Counted from the stretch's first letter, positions 1 through 12,421 are shown. The stretch is DNA of 64,000 nt from Gekko japonicus (GCF_001447785.1 NW_015168047.1:1772726-1836725); one strand, 5' to 3'. The notes: generated from the sequence alone by a model not told the origin. Translations and numbers: made by a program.

Positions 1-615
1 GCTGCTCAAGCACTCCCTCTGAGGCTGCCACAGCAGCATCTTCTGAGCACCAGCAGTGGCCAGGAGCAGCCATGCCAGGCCGGCCCAGTCACTCATGGTC
101 CCCAGGGACAGGAAGCCCGCACCATACCTGCTGGATGGAGCCGCCTTTTAAGACGTGGCCCACAGATGCCCGGAGCTCTGCACACCCTTGCAGGCTTTCC
201 GGGTCATTTCAGAGAAAGCCACGCTTGGTAGAGGCACAGCTGCTGGAGCTCCCAGCTGAGATAAGGTAGTGCCACTAGTAGTAGGATTGGGGAGGGGAGG
301 GGGGGTGCAGTTGCATGGCACATTAGCAAGGGGTCGGTGCACCATCCACACATTCCTGGGCTATGGCCCTGCCACGAGCTCTCTTTTTATATTCATATCT
401 GTTTCTGTCGTATCAGCCAATCAAAAGCTGATGTGTCATGCTTGCTCCTCCTACTTGCTCACCCTGCCTGGGCACTGCTGCTGCTGCTGCCATCACCTCT
501 TCACTCCCCAGGAGGGAAACAGAGAGCCCCACACTGAACTGTCTGAGTCAGGAGGACGCTGCTGTGTCCATATTTCAAAGACAATAGGGAACCCTTAGTG
601 TACAAGTATAGCCAC

Positions 616-1053
616 AAACAACACCCACCAAGGGAAGACCATCCACAATTCACAATTATATGTGCTCAAAACTATATATTGAAGCTATTGAGCTGTGCCT
701 ATGTTATTTTGGAAATCGGGTTCCATTTTACCAGCCGCTGTTGAAGATCATGGAAACGTCTGGATTTATACTTGGGAGAGACATCCAGCTGTTATTCTTT
801 CCACAGTGGGCGCCTTCTGCTACAGTTACTTTCTGTTTGGAGGTCTATGGACACTATCTATGTATGGAATTACAAAGGAGCCTACTGTTGGTTTTTAATA
901 TATTCCTTTTGTAAAATATGCTTAATTGTTATGAGCAATCTGTTGGATGTCTATGACCATTAACCATTATTTGTATTTCAATGAATGCAATATACAGTTT
1001 TGAGCACATATAGTTGTGAATTGTGGATGGTCTTCCCTCGGTGCGTGTTGTTT
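616..1053. repeat. 66-bp inverted repeat (arms 616-681 and 988-1053) around a ~306-bp spacer
   Basis: aaacaacacccaccaagggaagaccatccacaattcacaattatatgtgctcaaaactatatattg matches the reverse complement of 988-1053 with about 4 mismatches. Confidence 0.85.
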
Positions 1054-2120
1054 TTGTTCATATTCCAGGCATCAAGCTGTGGAATGGTCGGTGTCCCAGT
1101 GTAGGAGGAGGTGGTGGCAGTAAGCAGGCGAGCCACAAGAGACTGACAAGAGCAACACAACACCATTCAGTCCACTACTATTCCAAAGACAGATGACAAT
1201 ATAAAGAGAGGGTACTTTGAGGCCTCTTTCTAGAGTAAATCTATCTTCAGTCTTAAAAAGGATTGAGCATCAAGTCCAGCTTCTTCCCTGCACAGAAAGC
1301 CAGTCTGTGTTTCAGCTCCAAGGAGATCAAGCCATGTAAACCAGATCAGACCACCAGAAAGAAATCGAGAGAAAATGTACTCCTTGCCTTAAGAGAGCTA
1401 CAGAAGATTACTCAAAGTCAAACCATCTGTGAATATTCATTGGGACTCAGGGTCATCCAATCGAACTGATTGCAAGAAGTTCAGAACAAATAATTTATGT
1501 GCAATTAACTTAAGGAATTCAAGATGTGCAGATGGTTACTAGCAGTACAGATGATTCTTAATATCTATAGGAGGGTGCCTACTAGCTATGCTATATTAAT
1601 GGAACTTCCAAGATCTCAGGCAGGATACCTCAGATTACCAACCATCTTGTGTAGCTGTCTCTAATATATACCATTGGTGAGCTTTCAAGGCAATCTGGCT
1701 GGAGAAACAGAGCTAGGCCAGATGGACCTCTTGGCTGATCAGACAATAAAATTATCCTGCTAATCTTGAGCTGATATTTTGTGCTTTCTGTTTAATAAAC
1801 TACAGCACTGTCATAATGTCAAGTCCTCCTCCAGGATTTCCTGTGGTTTCACTGCAATGCTAAATTAGGATGTACAATATGACCATGTTCCAAACTGTGA
1901 TTTTTAATGCTGTTCTGACAGAAACAAGAAATCAGTTTCTAAACCTGCAAAATGCAAGTCCTTTCTGAGATTTTCATGGCTGCACAATATCTTCCCAGAA
2001 ATCAGGAGAGACTCGGAACTTTCACACAGCTCTGCATCTTGGCTGGAGGGAGCAGAATAATCCCAATTACTCCTCTTACTGCCGGCCAATGGAAGATTAA
2101 TACATCACTGCAAATTACAA

Positions 2121-2730
2121 TGGGGTAAAGAGTCTCCAACTAGGATCTGGGAGGCCCAGGTTCAAATCCCCACTCATGCCATGGAAATTCACTGGGTGAT
2201 CTTGGGCCAGTCACACATAGGGTTGCCAACCCCCCCCGGTTTGCCAGGAGTCCCCCATTTTAGGGGGGGTTCTACCTGCCCCCAACACCCACAGCCACCC
2301 CTCTCCCTTCTCTCTTGAGAGAGAGGGGTGGCTGCCTTTAAGTGCATGGAACCCATGTTTCCTCCCAAGCCCGATCTTCGTGCACTTAAAAGGGAAACGC
2401 CGGCTCTTTGCTCTTAAAGGGGAAATGCCAGCTTGTGCACTTAAAAGGGAAACACTGGCTCCTTTAAGTGCAGGAAACTGGCGTTTCTAGAGATCCGGCA
2501 CGCAGGCCGGGGGGGCGGGGCGGCGGATGTCCCCAACATGATGTCATTACGTTGGGGATGCCCCGCCCCCTCCAGGAACACCCCCAAAGTTCCCCGCTGG
2601 GGGCGGAAGATGGACTTGGCAACCCTAGTCACACACTCTTTGCCTAATCTAACTCAAAGGGTTGTTGTGAGGATAAAATTGAGGAGAGAAGAATGATGCA
2701 AGCTGCTTTGGGTCCCCACTGGGAAGATGG
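2121..2730 (+). mobile_element. Squam3A-like tRNA-derived SINE interrupted by a hAT MITE
   Basis: B box ggttcaaatcc near 2159. Body ctgggtgatcttgggccagtcac resumes after 2636 with gggttgttgtgaggataaaa. Confidence 0.7.
2218..2627. mobile_element. Non-autonomous hAT MITE (TAGGGTTGCC-TIR family, ~410 bp)
   Basis: TIRs tagggttgcc/ggcaacccta; perfect 8-bp TSD gtcacaca (2210-2217, 2628-2635); internal ~30-bp repeats cttaaaagggaaac; same family as 55213-55611. Confidence 0.9.
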
Positions 2731-3195
2731 GGGGGGGGATGCACATATCTGTCCTCGCAGAGGAGGGAGAGCTTGTACCTGAAGGCAGGCCGGGGGGGGG
2801 GCTCTGCAACTTACCTGGCTGCTTCTTGCTCCTCGTGGCCCAACTGGCAGGGTGTGGGGCTTGTTCCATGTGCCCACCCCCCGGACTTCTTACTGCCAGA
2901 GCTCCGCTCCTGTGCACTCCCGCAGGAAATGACCCCGGGTTTAAATATATTTTTAACTTCTTACTGTAAGCCGCCCTGAGCTTGCCTTTGGCAGGGAGGG
3001 CGGGATAAAAATCGAATAAATAAATAAATGAAGGGTAATAGGGAATTAAATAAATTTATTAAATAAACAAATGGAATGTTGAATGTAGACCAAGGACATG
3101 TGGAATTAAATCTTCATTCAGCCAGGATGCCCACTGGGTGGCTGTGGGTAAACTGGTACTTCTCAGCTCTGCCTACTATATAGGGGTCACCTTCT

Positions 3196-4407
3196 TGTGA
3201 CCTCAGACCAAGGACCCTCAACTCTCACATGCAAGGGATTTCCTCCTGGGTTCCTCCATGGCCACTGTACTTAACCAGTCAGTTCCAATACAATGTCCCC
3301 ACACCCAGCCTACGTCAACTCCCACAAACCTAAGTGCCTTCCCCTTCTGCCCCGTCCTTTCCCAGGTGTCAGTCCCTTGCACACCATCGCACCCAGTGCT
3401 TCTCAGATGTCCCTTGGCCGGTTCCCTTCATTTCCAGCTTGTGGCCTCTGGTACCTGGACTTCCTGCCTTGCTATGATGCACTTCTTCCACTTCCCTCCC
3501 TCATAGATATGATTTTCCCTCCTTTTTTCTTTCTCTATCTGACTGAGCCACCCTAGCTATCTGTTTTCTTCTTCCCGGAAGGAACTATGGCTGTCCCACC
3601 CTGACACAGTCCGATATTTTGCTCCTGGCTCAGCCCAGAAACCTGAGGGAAGGGTCCAGATAACCCCGGTCAACTTAAACTTGAAAAGCCACTCAAAGCT
3701 TTTTGAAATTCAAAAATAACAAAATATTTCATTCAACATAGAGGGGGAAAGGTCAGGTGAAATCAGGGGTAACATTTCTAATGTAACTCAAAAAAGAACT
3801 CTGAGGTAAATCAGTACATGCACAGACCTCAGTTCATGTGTTTTAAGCAATTGAGAGTTTCTTAAGCTTTTCACAGAGAATCTAAGATGAGAGGCTTTTG
3901 TTTCAGTGTTTCTTCAACACACCAGTACACTTTCTTTGAGTATTCACTGACTCTTTAGGTTTCCAGAAGACTGGGATTATCCTGTACTCAAACTCCTTCA
4001 CTAAACACACCAGTACTCTTCTTGAGCTTTACTGGCCTTTCTGGTTTCACAAGGCAGCCTCTAACCACACTAGAACAGAGATCTCTGCACTCTTCAGAGC
4101 TATATCCATGTTTTAACTGGGTAGGGAAATTCTTCTCTCTCTAGAATTTCTATCCCCTTTTCTTGACCGGAATAGGAGTCTTTGCCTAACTACCCACTCT
4201 TCTGCTCTCAGTCAGGGCCGAATTCAGACTGAATTCCTCCCCAACATTCAGCTCTCAAGTCTTTCTCTGCTCAGCTGATGCTAACCAATCAGATTTCTTG
4301 GAGCAGCCGGTCACTCAAGGCTCTCTGGCTCTGTGAGAAATTAACCCTTCACAGTCCATTACCTGTTTACACAGCACTGATAAGATTTAAAAGTGCCATC
4401 TGTCACA
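3196..4407 (-). mobile_element. Probable solo LTR (left boundary uncertain)
   Basis: Ends tgtgac...gtcaca and has LTR-like composition; flanks only imperfectly duplicated (cttct/cttgc). Confidence 0.45.
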
Positions 4408-4933
4408 CTTGCCTTGGTCCTTCCCTGCCCCACAGCCTCTTCAGCCTAACCTCACTTGTCCTGGTCTGCTGGCTTTCCCCAGGTGCTGGGTGCACCCCAG
4501 AGTCTACTGCTGCCCTGCATTTTACCCAGTTTCTCAGACCTCGCAGTCACTGCCCGCATCCCTGACTTGGTCTCTTGCCTTCTCCTACATCCCGCCCTCC
4601 CCGTTTCCTGGCTATCCTGTTTAAAAACTGCCAGTCAGCAGGATGGGCCCTGCTCCTCTGCGGGTGGCACATCACTCCCAGCCCAGCCATTTCAAAATCT
4701 GGCCAGGCTCCTGGAGATGTCCTGCCACTGATTGTGCCCTACAGTGCCATCCAGATGGCCACAACAGGGTTTTTAATGCAGATAATTCCATGCACACACA
4801 ACCACCCTGACCCTGGAGAAAGAACACAATACAAAAATCAGTGGCTAGATTTGCCAGGCTACAACTCACATATCTTCCCCCCTCATCTATAACTTTTACA
4901 CTAAGGTGAGAGGTTTTTCCTTTGCATCCTGCC

Positions 4934-5124
4934 TAGGGTTGCTAACCTCCAGGTTGGGCCTGGAGATCTCCCAGAATTGCAATTGATCTCCAAACTAGAG
5001 TTCAGGTCCTCTGAAGAATATGGCTGCTTTGGAGAGTGGAGTCTACGGCATTACTGCTGAGGTCCGTCCACAAGCCCCATCCCTAAACCTCTAGAAATTT
5101 CCCAACCTGGAGTTGGCAACCCTA
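4934..5124. mobile_element. hAT MITE, TAGGGTTGCC family (~190-260 bp subtype), older copy
   Basis: tagggttgct...ggcaacccta; body similar to 28983, 31071 and 58607 copies; no clear TSD. Confidence 0.75.
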
Positions 5125-6429
5125 CCTCCACCTCCATATTGGCTACCAAACACCAATGAAAATCTTTCAGCACTTCTGAATTTCTAACTAAAAAAACCAA
5201 TCTGCTTCGGGAGCGCAGTCATATCTCACTAATGGGTCAGAAAGGCAGAGTGCAGCCTAGAGTAACTTCCTGAGCCTCGTGTTTTCCATTCACTGATTCC
5301 AAAAAAGCCTTGCCTCACTTTGTGACTAATTTCCCTTAGGAGATTAATGTTCCTTCCCGGTCCTGTCAGACACACTCACCTTTCCTCTGCCCCTTCTCTT
5401 TGTCAGAGCAGGTTCTAACAAATCCCCCCCAAGCGTCCGTCTCTCCTTCATCCGCCTCTGAGCTTTTCAAAGCCCTCAGGTGCTTTCCTGAAGTACTCAA
5501 AAAGTTTCATTTTTTTCCTCCTGGTTGGACCTCAGAGCTATAACCCCGGCTTGTTATGAAGTACACATCATATTGATGTAACATACCATTAAGCAGCAAA
5601 ACAGTTCAATTTGTCAGGTTTTTGTGTGGTATTATGGGATGCCTCTACTGCTTTAGATCAATGAACAAGTTCTGTCAGGGCTTTACTCGAAGGAACAATT
5701 GGGGGAGGGAATCAACTATGTTATCCATTAACCAAATGCATATCAACCAGACGTCTTTTTTTTTTTAAGAATACTGTGTAGTTTTCATGGACTTCATAAA
5801 GCAATGTTCTCTTCCTTTTCAGAATGCAAGTCCTTTTTTATTTCTGCTGGTCGGGAAAATAAATTGCTCCTGAAATATGACAACATGGATTTTCTATAAA
5901 TTAGCTAGCAGAAGTCATTAAATAGGATATTAAACCACCATTAACTTAAATACATATTTGGGACTCCTGGCTTTAAAAATTAATTTACATGCCATGAATC
6001 CAAATGATAACATTTGCCTGAACACTTAGTCCTCAGCCCAAATCAAAGCAATGTTAATGTTATGCTCCTGAGTTCACAGCAGGATCTTACTTAGTTTAAA
6101 TTATTTTTATCCTGTCTTTTTCCAATGCACGAAAGGCAGCTTACAAAAATTAAAATTCCCAAAAACAAGGAATGGACTGACCCCTTTAAAAACATAGCCA
6201 TTAGCAAAGGGCCTTTTGAAAATTCAGCCTTGCATAATTTCTGAAACAAAGTGGAAACCTCCCTAACATGTTCTCAAAGGCTTTTCTACAATAATGAAAT
6301 AGCTACGGAGGCTGACCTAACCCACCCCTGTATGGGAAAAACCAACGGACTGTGATTTGAAGAGTTGCCTCATGGGTTCACATAAGAAGGAGGGGGTTCT
6401 TCAAGCCCCTAGGCCAAGAAGAATCTCTA

Positions 6430-6630
6430 CAAGACTCACTAGAAAAGGCAATAATGCAAGGAAAAGTTCAAGGAGAAGAAGAAGACCCAGCATGAGATGG
6501 TCTGACTCCATAAAGGAAGGCATGGCCTTCAATTTGCAAGGCCTGAGAACGGCTGATAATGATAGAATGTTTGGGGGACTGTTAATTCATAGAGTCACCA
6601 TGAGTCAGAAACAACTTGACGCGACATAAC
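6430..6630 (+). mobile_element. 3' fragment of an RTE-clade LINE
   Basis: Remnant RRRPSMRWSDSIKE resembles the RTE C-terminus (compare BovB RQRMRWLDSV); tail gtcaccatgagtcagaaacaacttgac. Confidence 0.75.
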
Positions 6631-7061
6631 ATGTATACCAGCACCTCAAACTGAACCTTGAAATGCAGTGGCAGACAATACAGCATTCTTAAGATAGGCA
6701 TAGCATGCGCTAGAGTAGACCCAGTGTATGCATTGATCCATTGGCAAGGGGACCACAGCAGGGCTGTTCATTCCCCTGCTATTAGGTTAATATGAGAAAC
6801 TCTGCAGAAGGAGCCGAGGCTGCAAGTTCTTCCTACATCAGTGCCCCCGCCCAACCCAGTTTCTACAAGAATCACCTTTGACTGTGGAAGAGCTGCAGTA
6901 TGGCTATGACCGTATGTACCAGAGCTTCTGGCAGCACAGGAAGGGACAGAGCTGCCACCTGAGCTCCAATATAAGAAACAAACTATTAACACACTAAAAC
7001 ATTTGTATCCCACCCTCTCTTTCCTACAACAGTGGCTAAAGGGGACTTGTAACACACCCTG

Positions 7062-8182
7062 AAAGCAAGAGAGTACCAGAAAAATATCTACTTCTGCTTC
7101 ATTGACTATGCTAAAGCTTTTGACTGTGTAGATCACAACAAACTATGGCAGGTCCTTAAAGAGATGGGAGTACCAAACCACCTCACATGTCTCTTGAGAA
7201 ACCTGTATAAGGGCCAAGAAGCGACAGTTAGAACCAGATATGGAACAACTGATTGGTTCAGCATAGGAAAAGGAGTACGACAAGGATGTATATTGTCACC
7301 TTGCTTATTTAATATATATGCAGAGTACATCATGCGAAATGCTGGCCTGGATGAATCACAAGCGGGAATTAAGATTGCTGGGGAAAAGATCAACAACCTC
7401 AGATATGCAGACGATACCACTCTAATGGCAGAAAGTGAAGAGGACCTAAAGAGCCTCTTGCTCAGAGTAAAAGATGAGAGCGCAAAACTGGGCTTGAAGC
7501 TCAACATCAAAAAAACTAAGATCATGGCATCCGGCCCCATCACTCCTTGGCAAATAGAAGGGGAAGTCGTCGAAGTAGTGACAGACTTCACGTTCCTGGG
7601 ATCCCAGATCACCGCAGACTGTGACAGCAGCCATGAAATTAAAAGACGCCTGCTCCTTGGGAGGAAAGCGGTGGCGAACCTAAACAGCATGATCAAAAGT
7701 AGAGACATCACCCTGCCAACAAAAGTCCGCATGGTCAAAGCAATGGTATTCCCAGTAGTCATGTATGGCTGCGAGAGTTGGACTATAAGGAAGGCCGAGC
7801 GCCGAAGAATAGATTCTTTTGAACTATGGTGCTGGAGAAGACTCTTGAGAGTCCCTTGGACTGCAAGAAGATCAAATCAGTCAATCCTAAAAGAAATCAA
7901 CCCTGACTGTTCCCTGGAAGGCCAGATAATGAAACTGAAGCTCAAATACTTTGGCCACCAAATGAGAAGGGAGCACTCACTGGAGAAGACTCTGATGCTG
8001 GGAAAGATTGAAGGTCAAAGAAGATGGGGACGGCAAAGGATGAGATGGTTAGACAGTGTCATCAACGCAACGAACATTAAATTGAGCCAACTTCAGAGGA
8101 CGGCGGAAGACAGGAGGCCCTGGCGGAAGCTGATCCATGGGGTCGCAAAGACTCGGACTCGACTGTGCGACTGAACAACAAA
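7062..8182 (+). mobile_element. 5'-truncated BovB (RTE clade) LINE
   Basis: RT motifs FIDYAKAFD, GVRQGCILSPCLFN and LRYADD; (CAA)n-like tail; perfect 11-bp TSD aacacaccctg (7051-7061, 8183-8193). Confidence 0.95.
7164..8174 (+). CDS. BovB reverse transcriptase C-terminal portion (frame open from the 7062 truncation point; not a host gene)
   Basis: 336-aa ORF with YADD catalytic motif, extending upstream in frame as KAREYQKNIYFCFIDYAKAFDCVDHNKLWQVLKE with no stops. Confidence 0.9.
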   Translation: MGVPNHLTCLLRNLYKGQEATVRTRYGTTDWFSIGKGVRQGCILSPCLFNIYAEYIMRNAGLDESQAGIKIAGEKINNLRYADDTTLMAESEEDLKSLLLRVKDESAKLGLKLNIKKTKIMASGPITPWQIEGEVVEVVTDFTFLGSQITADCDSSHEIKRRLLLGRKAVANLNSMIKSRDITLPTKVRMVKAMVFPVVMYGCESWTIRKAERRRIDSFELWCWRRLLRVPWTARRSNQSILKEINPDCSLEGQIMKLKLKYFGHQMRREHSLEKTLMLGKIEGQRRWGRQRMRWLDSVINATNIKLSQLQRTAEDRRPWRKLIHGVAKTRTRLCD

Positions 8183-8974
8183 AACACACCCTGCTGGTAG
8201 GGGTGTAAGGTGTTGTTAGATTGTTTAAAAATGTATCTATTGCTTAATGTTTATCTTATCACCTTAGTCCCCAACTGCTCAGGAGAAAGGCGGATAATAA
8301 ATAAACACCCTAAATAAACACTAGCCAACAGTTCTCTTCCAAGAACACTTTCCTGGGAGCAAGCCCCATTTAGGCCTGAGTAGGAATCTGAGTAGATCTT
8401 CTTAGGATTGCACGGCAACCAAATTAAATCCAGACCCTGAAAACGAAGATGGAATAAACACTGGCATGAGGACTGACAACCTACTTCTCCCCATTTGTCA
8501 CAGGCATGATAATGCCCCCCATGACATCTCAGTGTCCATCAAAGACCTGTTTCTTCTGCATATTCAAGAATTACTGAATATTGTTTGTAGCTACACGAGT
8601 TCTGCTCTGAGGAAGCTTATTGAAACAGGTGTTTGAGCAAGCCTGTCTGCAGAATCATGACTTTTCATACTTCTTGGATATAAGAATGACACCAACAACA
8701 TTTTATTGGCTATTGCATTTTATTTGCAATGGATGACGCTTGAGGTGAAGAGGACCAGGCAGTCTCCTGCAATAGAGAAGAGGATTATGTCATTGGATTA
8801 TTCTTATTGTGAAGGATATGTAAGTCCATGAGATTTCACAGAAATGTATTAGTATTTATCAAACACTTGAAAAACTGAATTGACTTTTCATAATTATATC
8901 TCCGTTGTTATTGTTTATTTTTCATTTACCAATCCCATGATCTCTCTGGCTCCTCTAACTACCTGGAGGTTGGC

Positions 8975-9090
8975 AACCATGCACTTCAGAGGCCAACAAT
9001 ATTGGGGGGGAAATAAGTTTTCAAGAATCAAAGCTCCCTTCATTAGATAGCCAACATATCTGATGAAGGGATCTTTGACTCTTGAAAGCG
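8975..9090. mobile_element. Penelope-like element end, inverted duplication with hammerhead-like core
   Basis: tcaagaatcaaagctcccttcattagat and atctgatgaagggatctttgactcttga are near reverse complements; CTGATGA at 9060-9066, GAAA at 9084-9087. Confidence 0.65.
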
Positions 9091-9091
9091 T

Positions 9092-9260
9092 CTGTGTCTG
9101 TGTAAAGTGCTGGCCAGTAGTAGCTGACTTACGGCAACCTCAGCAAGGGACTTTCAAAGAAAGTGAGAAGCAAAGGTGGTTTGCCGTTGAATTCCTCTGC
9201 AGAATCTTCCTTGGTGATCTCCTTTCCAAGCACCAACTCTTCTAAGTCTCTAAGATGCTC
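9092..9260 (-). mobile_element. Degenerate 5S-headed SINE fragment
   Basis: Body similar to the 19525, 33253 and 55876 copies (ggtggtttgccgttg..ttcctctgcag). Confidence 0.6.
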
Positions 9261-11269
9261 GACCCTTGTTGTTAGAATATACTGTCCACATAATGTATTA
9301 AAGTTGCTTTCTGCAGTTATGGTGTACCTCTTGTTTTTTCCACGAGTTTTTCTAAAATGAAGAAATTAGCGGTGTACCTTGAAAGCCCAGGACACAGCAA
9401 GCTGTTCGTTGCTCGCACAACAGAGTGATGTGAGGGTTTCAGGCATAGCATTTCAGGAAGCAGCTTGAATATGAAGGTTACTTCACAAGTTGGGTCTCAG
9501 AAGATTTTGGAGACCAGGACCAGTCATCAAGGCATGTTCTTCAACTTGGCCATGTCAAAAATAAAATTCAGGAAACTGAGACCTCATCTGAATAAGGGTT
9601 GCGCCTGCTGAAATCATGAAAGCAGCACATTTGTAACACCTCTTGCAGATTTCCTTTTTTAAAAAGCTGTCATCTTTTCATAGAACTGAATAGACAACCA
9701 GATGGCATATCATTTTAATGTACAGCAGTCACAGAGAAGAAGAATAAATGAACTTCAGATGCAAATCACAAATGTGTGTGTAATGCAGGGGGGAGGTTAA
9801 CACTTATAGGAAGGTACATTTTCTGCTAACTGAAGCATGTAAAACTATTGACAAACTAATTTTGCAGCTGTTGAAGCTTTCCTATGATTATAGATATGCA
9901 TCTGAAATGGTTGCCTATTATGTATAATAATACACAGGGTGCTAGCCTGCTTCACATATTACAGATTGAGGGGGGAAATCCTCTCTAAGCCAAGCGCATT
10001 TTGCATTGTGTCACCTTACTAAATGATGATGGTCAGCCCTTCCACAGGCAAACTTAGAAATCTGCGTACAACTGGGTACTGTGAAGGAACCAGATGCATA
10101 TGTATAAATGTAGAGCTCTCTCTTCAGAATCAGATACTTCGCCTTTTCAGCCCTACAGGTATGCACCTTCCCTTGACTAGGTATCTGCAAAGGCTCTGTG
10201 CATTCCTTCAAACATTGAGATGTCGATCAGAGGTGCAAGCTGCCACCACAATTGCTGTCTTCCACACATACATTCATTTAAATCTGCATCACGGGCTTCA
10301 CTTAAAAAAAAACAACAGAAATTTCCCAAGTAGTTTGTGATACAGCTTCAGGGAGAGCAGCTATCCAGAGAGGAAAAAAAGGTCAGCAGTTCCAGTAGTC
10401 TAGCACAAGTCCCTTGCACACACCAAAAGAGCTTTCTAGATCATGGCCACAGAGTTCCGTTACATGCCATTTTGGAAAAGCCGGGTAATTAATTCTGAAA
10501 AATAACTTTTAAAAACCCTAAATTTTGCCTCAAGAAAGCTAGTTTCTCATCCCAAAATAAACTAAGCAAGCTAGCCAAAAAGGAGTGGGAAGGACGCATG
10601 CAAATGTCTGTGTGTGTTAATAAACTTTCATTTTTGGCTTCCTTCCTTCTACACCCGGTATTTGGGATCTTGGAAAATGCTCATAGTTTTGGCAAAGTAT
10701 GCTGCGGCGGTTGTGGGAGAAGCGTACTTACTGCCAATTACAGATAAACAATTAAATAAAAAGAAGATACCCCTGCCAGCCTGCCATATGCTAATTCTGA
10801 GTTGCCTAACTCTTACATATGTATTTTGAAGGAACGGTTCAGATTTAAAACTGTTTCAAAAACGCTTGCTGCTTTCCAATGCTGCAATTGGTGGGCATGA
10901 TACTCCTTAGTTGTAGCTATTAGAAAGCCTTGCAAACAACTGTGGGAGCAGCTGTAAAACTTCCAGAAATAACAGGCCCCAAGTACTACCGCAGAAGACT
11001 TAGTGGTAGCTAAGAAACAATTATAGCATCATCTAAGGGACAAGAATACTATACTTGGAATACACAGCCAAGCTTTAGTCTAGTTAGCCGTTGTAGTGCT
11101 GTGGCTAGGCTTGGGAGCACTGAAAGCCTTGGTGTGAAAAGACTCTGACCACGAATTCATTCGATATCCTTAACTCATTAGATGTTGCAGTCCTTCCTCT
11201 GGCAGCATGGGGATCATGGTGAGAAGACTGTGGAACAATCTGTGAGACACTGTCTAACTGCAAACACAA

Positions 11270-11450
11270 GCATGGCACAGCAGTTAGGGTGCTGGTCTGG
11301 GATCTGGGAGACCCGGATCGAATCTCCACTCTACCAATCTCTTCAAGTCACCCACTTTAGTTGAGTAGTAATCTTGGGCCACTCAGTCTTTCTCTCAGTG
11401 TGGTCTACTGCACAGGGTTGCTGTTGCATGGGTGAAATTGAGGAGCACAA
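11270..11450 (+). mobile_element. Squam3A-like SINE
   Basis: ggatctgggagacccggatcgaatc B-box region; cttgggccactcagtctttctctcag body. Confidence 0.6.
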
Positions 11451-11494
11451 TATTGTATGGTGCTTCAATTTCCCAGCAGGGAGAAAGAAGACGA

Positions 11495-11702
11495 CAAACA
11501 TGTTGTCAAGTTGCAACCAATTCATGGCAGTCCCAGTCCTGGGGCAATCCCGACAACAAGGGAGCGGAGGTGGTTTGCCATTGCTTTCCTCTGCACAGCA
11601 ATCCCTGTCTTCCTTGGCGGTCTCCCATCCAAGTACTAAGTGTTAGCCAAGCCTGCTTAGCTCCCAGCCTCTGACGGGATCAGAAGCCAGGCTATCTAGG
11701 CT
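11495..11702 (-). mobile_element. 5S rRNA-headed SINE (SINE3-like)
   Basis: Reverse complement contains gctaagcagg (box A) and agtacttggatgggagaccgcc (box C), followed by an RTE-like tail. Confidence 0.75.
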
Positions 11703-11869
11703 TCTACAAGGCAGAAAAGATGGGTATAAATAAATAAATAAATCTTTCAATTTATTAATCGCTCAATCCTGCAGAGCTTGCTGGCTCTGAGCGATTTACA
11801 GTTACTCCATTACACATGGGACTAACAATAATTCAAGGGGTAAGGGAGGACAACATATAATCTTTAAAT

Positions 11870-12294
11870 CACACACGTTCGCAGCCGACGGGGAGTTTTT
11901 GTTCAGCTGTAAGGCCAGACATGTTCCAATGGCATTTTCCCCTCGGCGTGGCTTGATGTCGTCAGCTTTCTCCGGACTGCTTCAAGTTGCAGCGCAGCAC
12001 TGCCATTACAGGCTTCCTTCATGCCGAAGAGTTCTTTCTAGGCTTTTTGGTCTTATGCGCTGGACATTCCATTCATCGGCTAACACCTCCCCCACCGGGG
12101 GGTTTAGTGTGCCCACCCTCTCTAACTAGTGGTACCCATTTTATCTACTCGCCGAAGCTTTCGAACCACTGGGTGGACGGCGAGCTGGGGACAAGGCTGG
12201 TAGCTCACACCAGCATGGGGCTAGAACTGACAGCAGCTCTGTTCAGCTCAGATGTATTAACCAGAGGGTAAATCCCCTGTGCCACCGCTCCCCC
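11870..12294 (-). mobile_element. CpG-rich element with Sauria-SINE-like head and unrecognised 3' body
   Basis: Minus strand begins ggggagcggtggcacag and contains gtgagctacc..ccagctc..ggttcgaaagc..gagtagataaaatgggtacc, collinear with the Sauria SINE at 21687. Confidence 0.55.
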
Positions 12295-12421
12295 ATAAAT
12301 ATAAATATATTTAAAAATAACAGAACACACCAAAGGCCTATATATGAATGTTAAGTATCAACTCACAAGATACTTGCTTTTTACTGTGGGAACCCTCAGA
12401 GGAAAGGGTGTGATAGTGGTA

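Noticed and set aside
7133-7762. 209-aa minus-strand ORF
   Set aside because: Antisense shadow of the BovB RT frame; no independent features.
8733-8825. Short open frame ending at a plus-strand GTAAGT donor
   Set aside because: Only 29 codons, unrecognised, and isolated donor-like hexamers are expected by chance.
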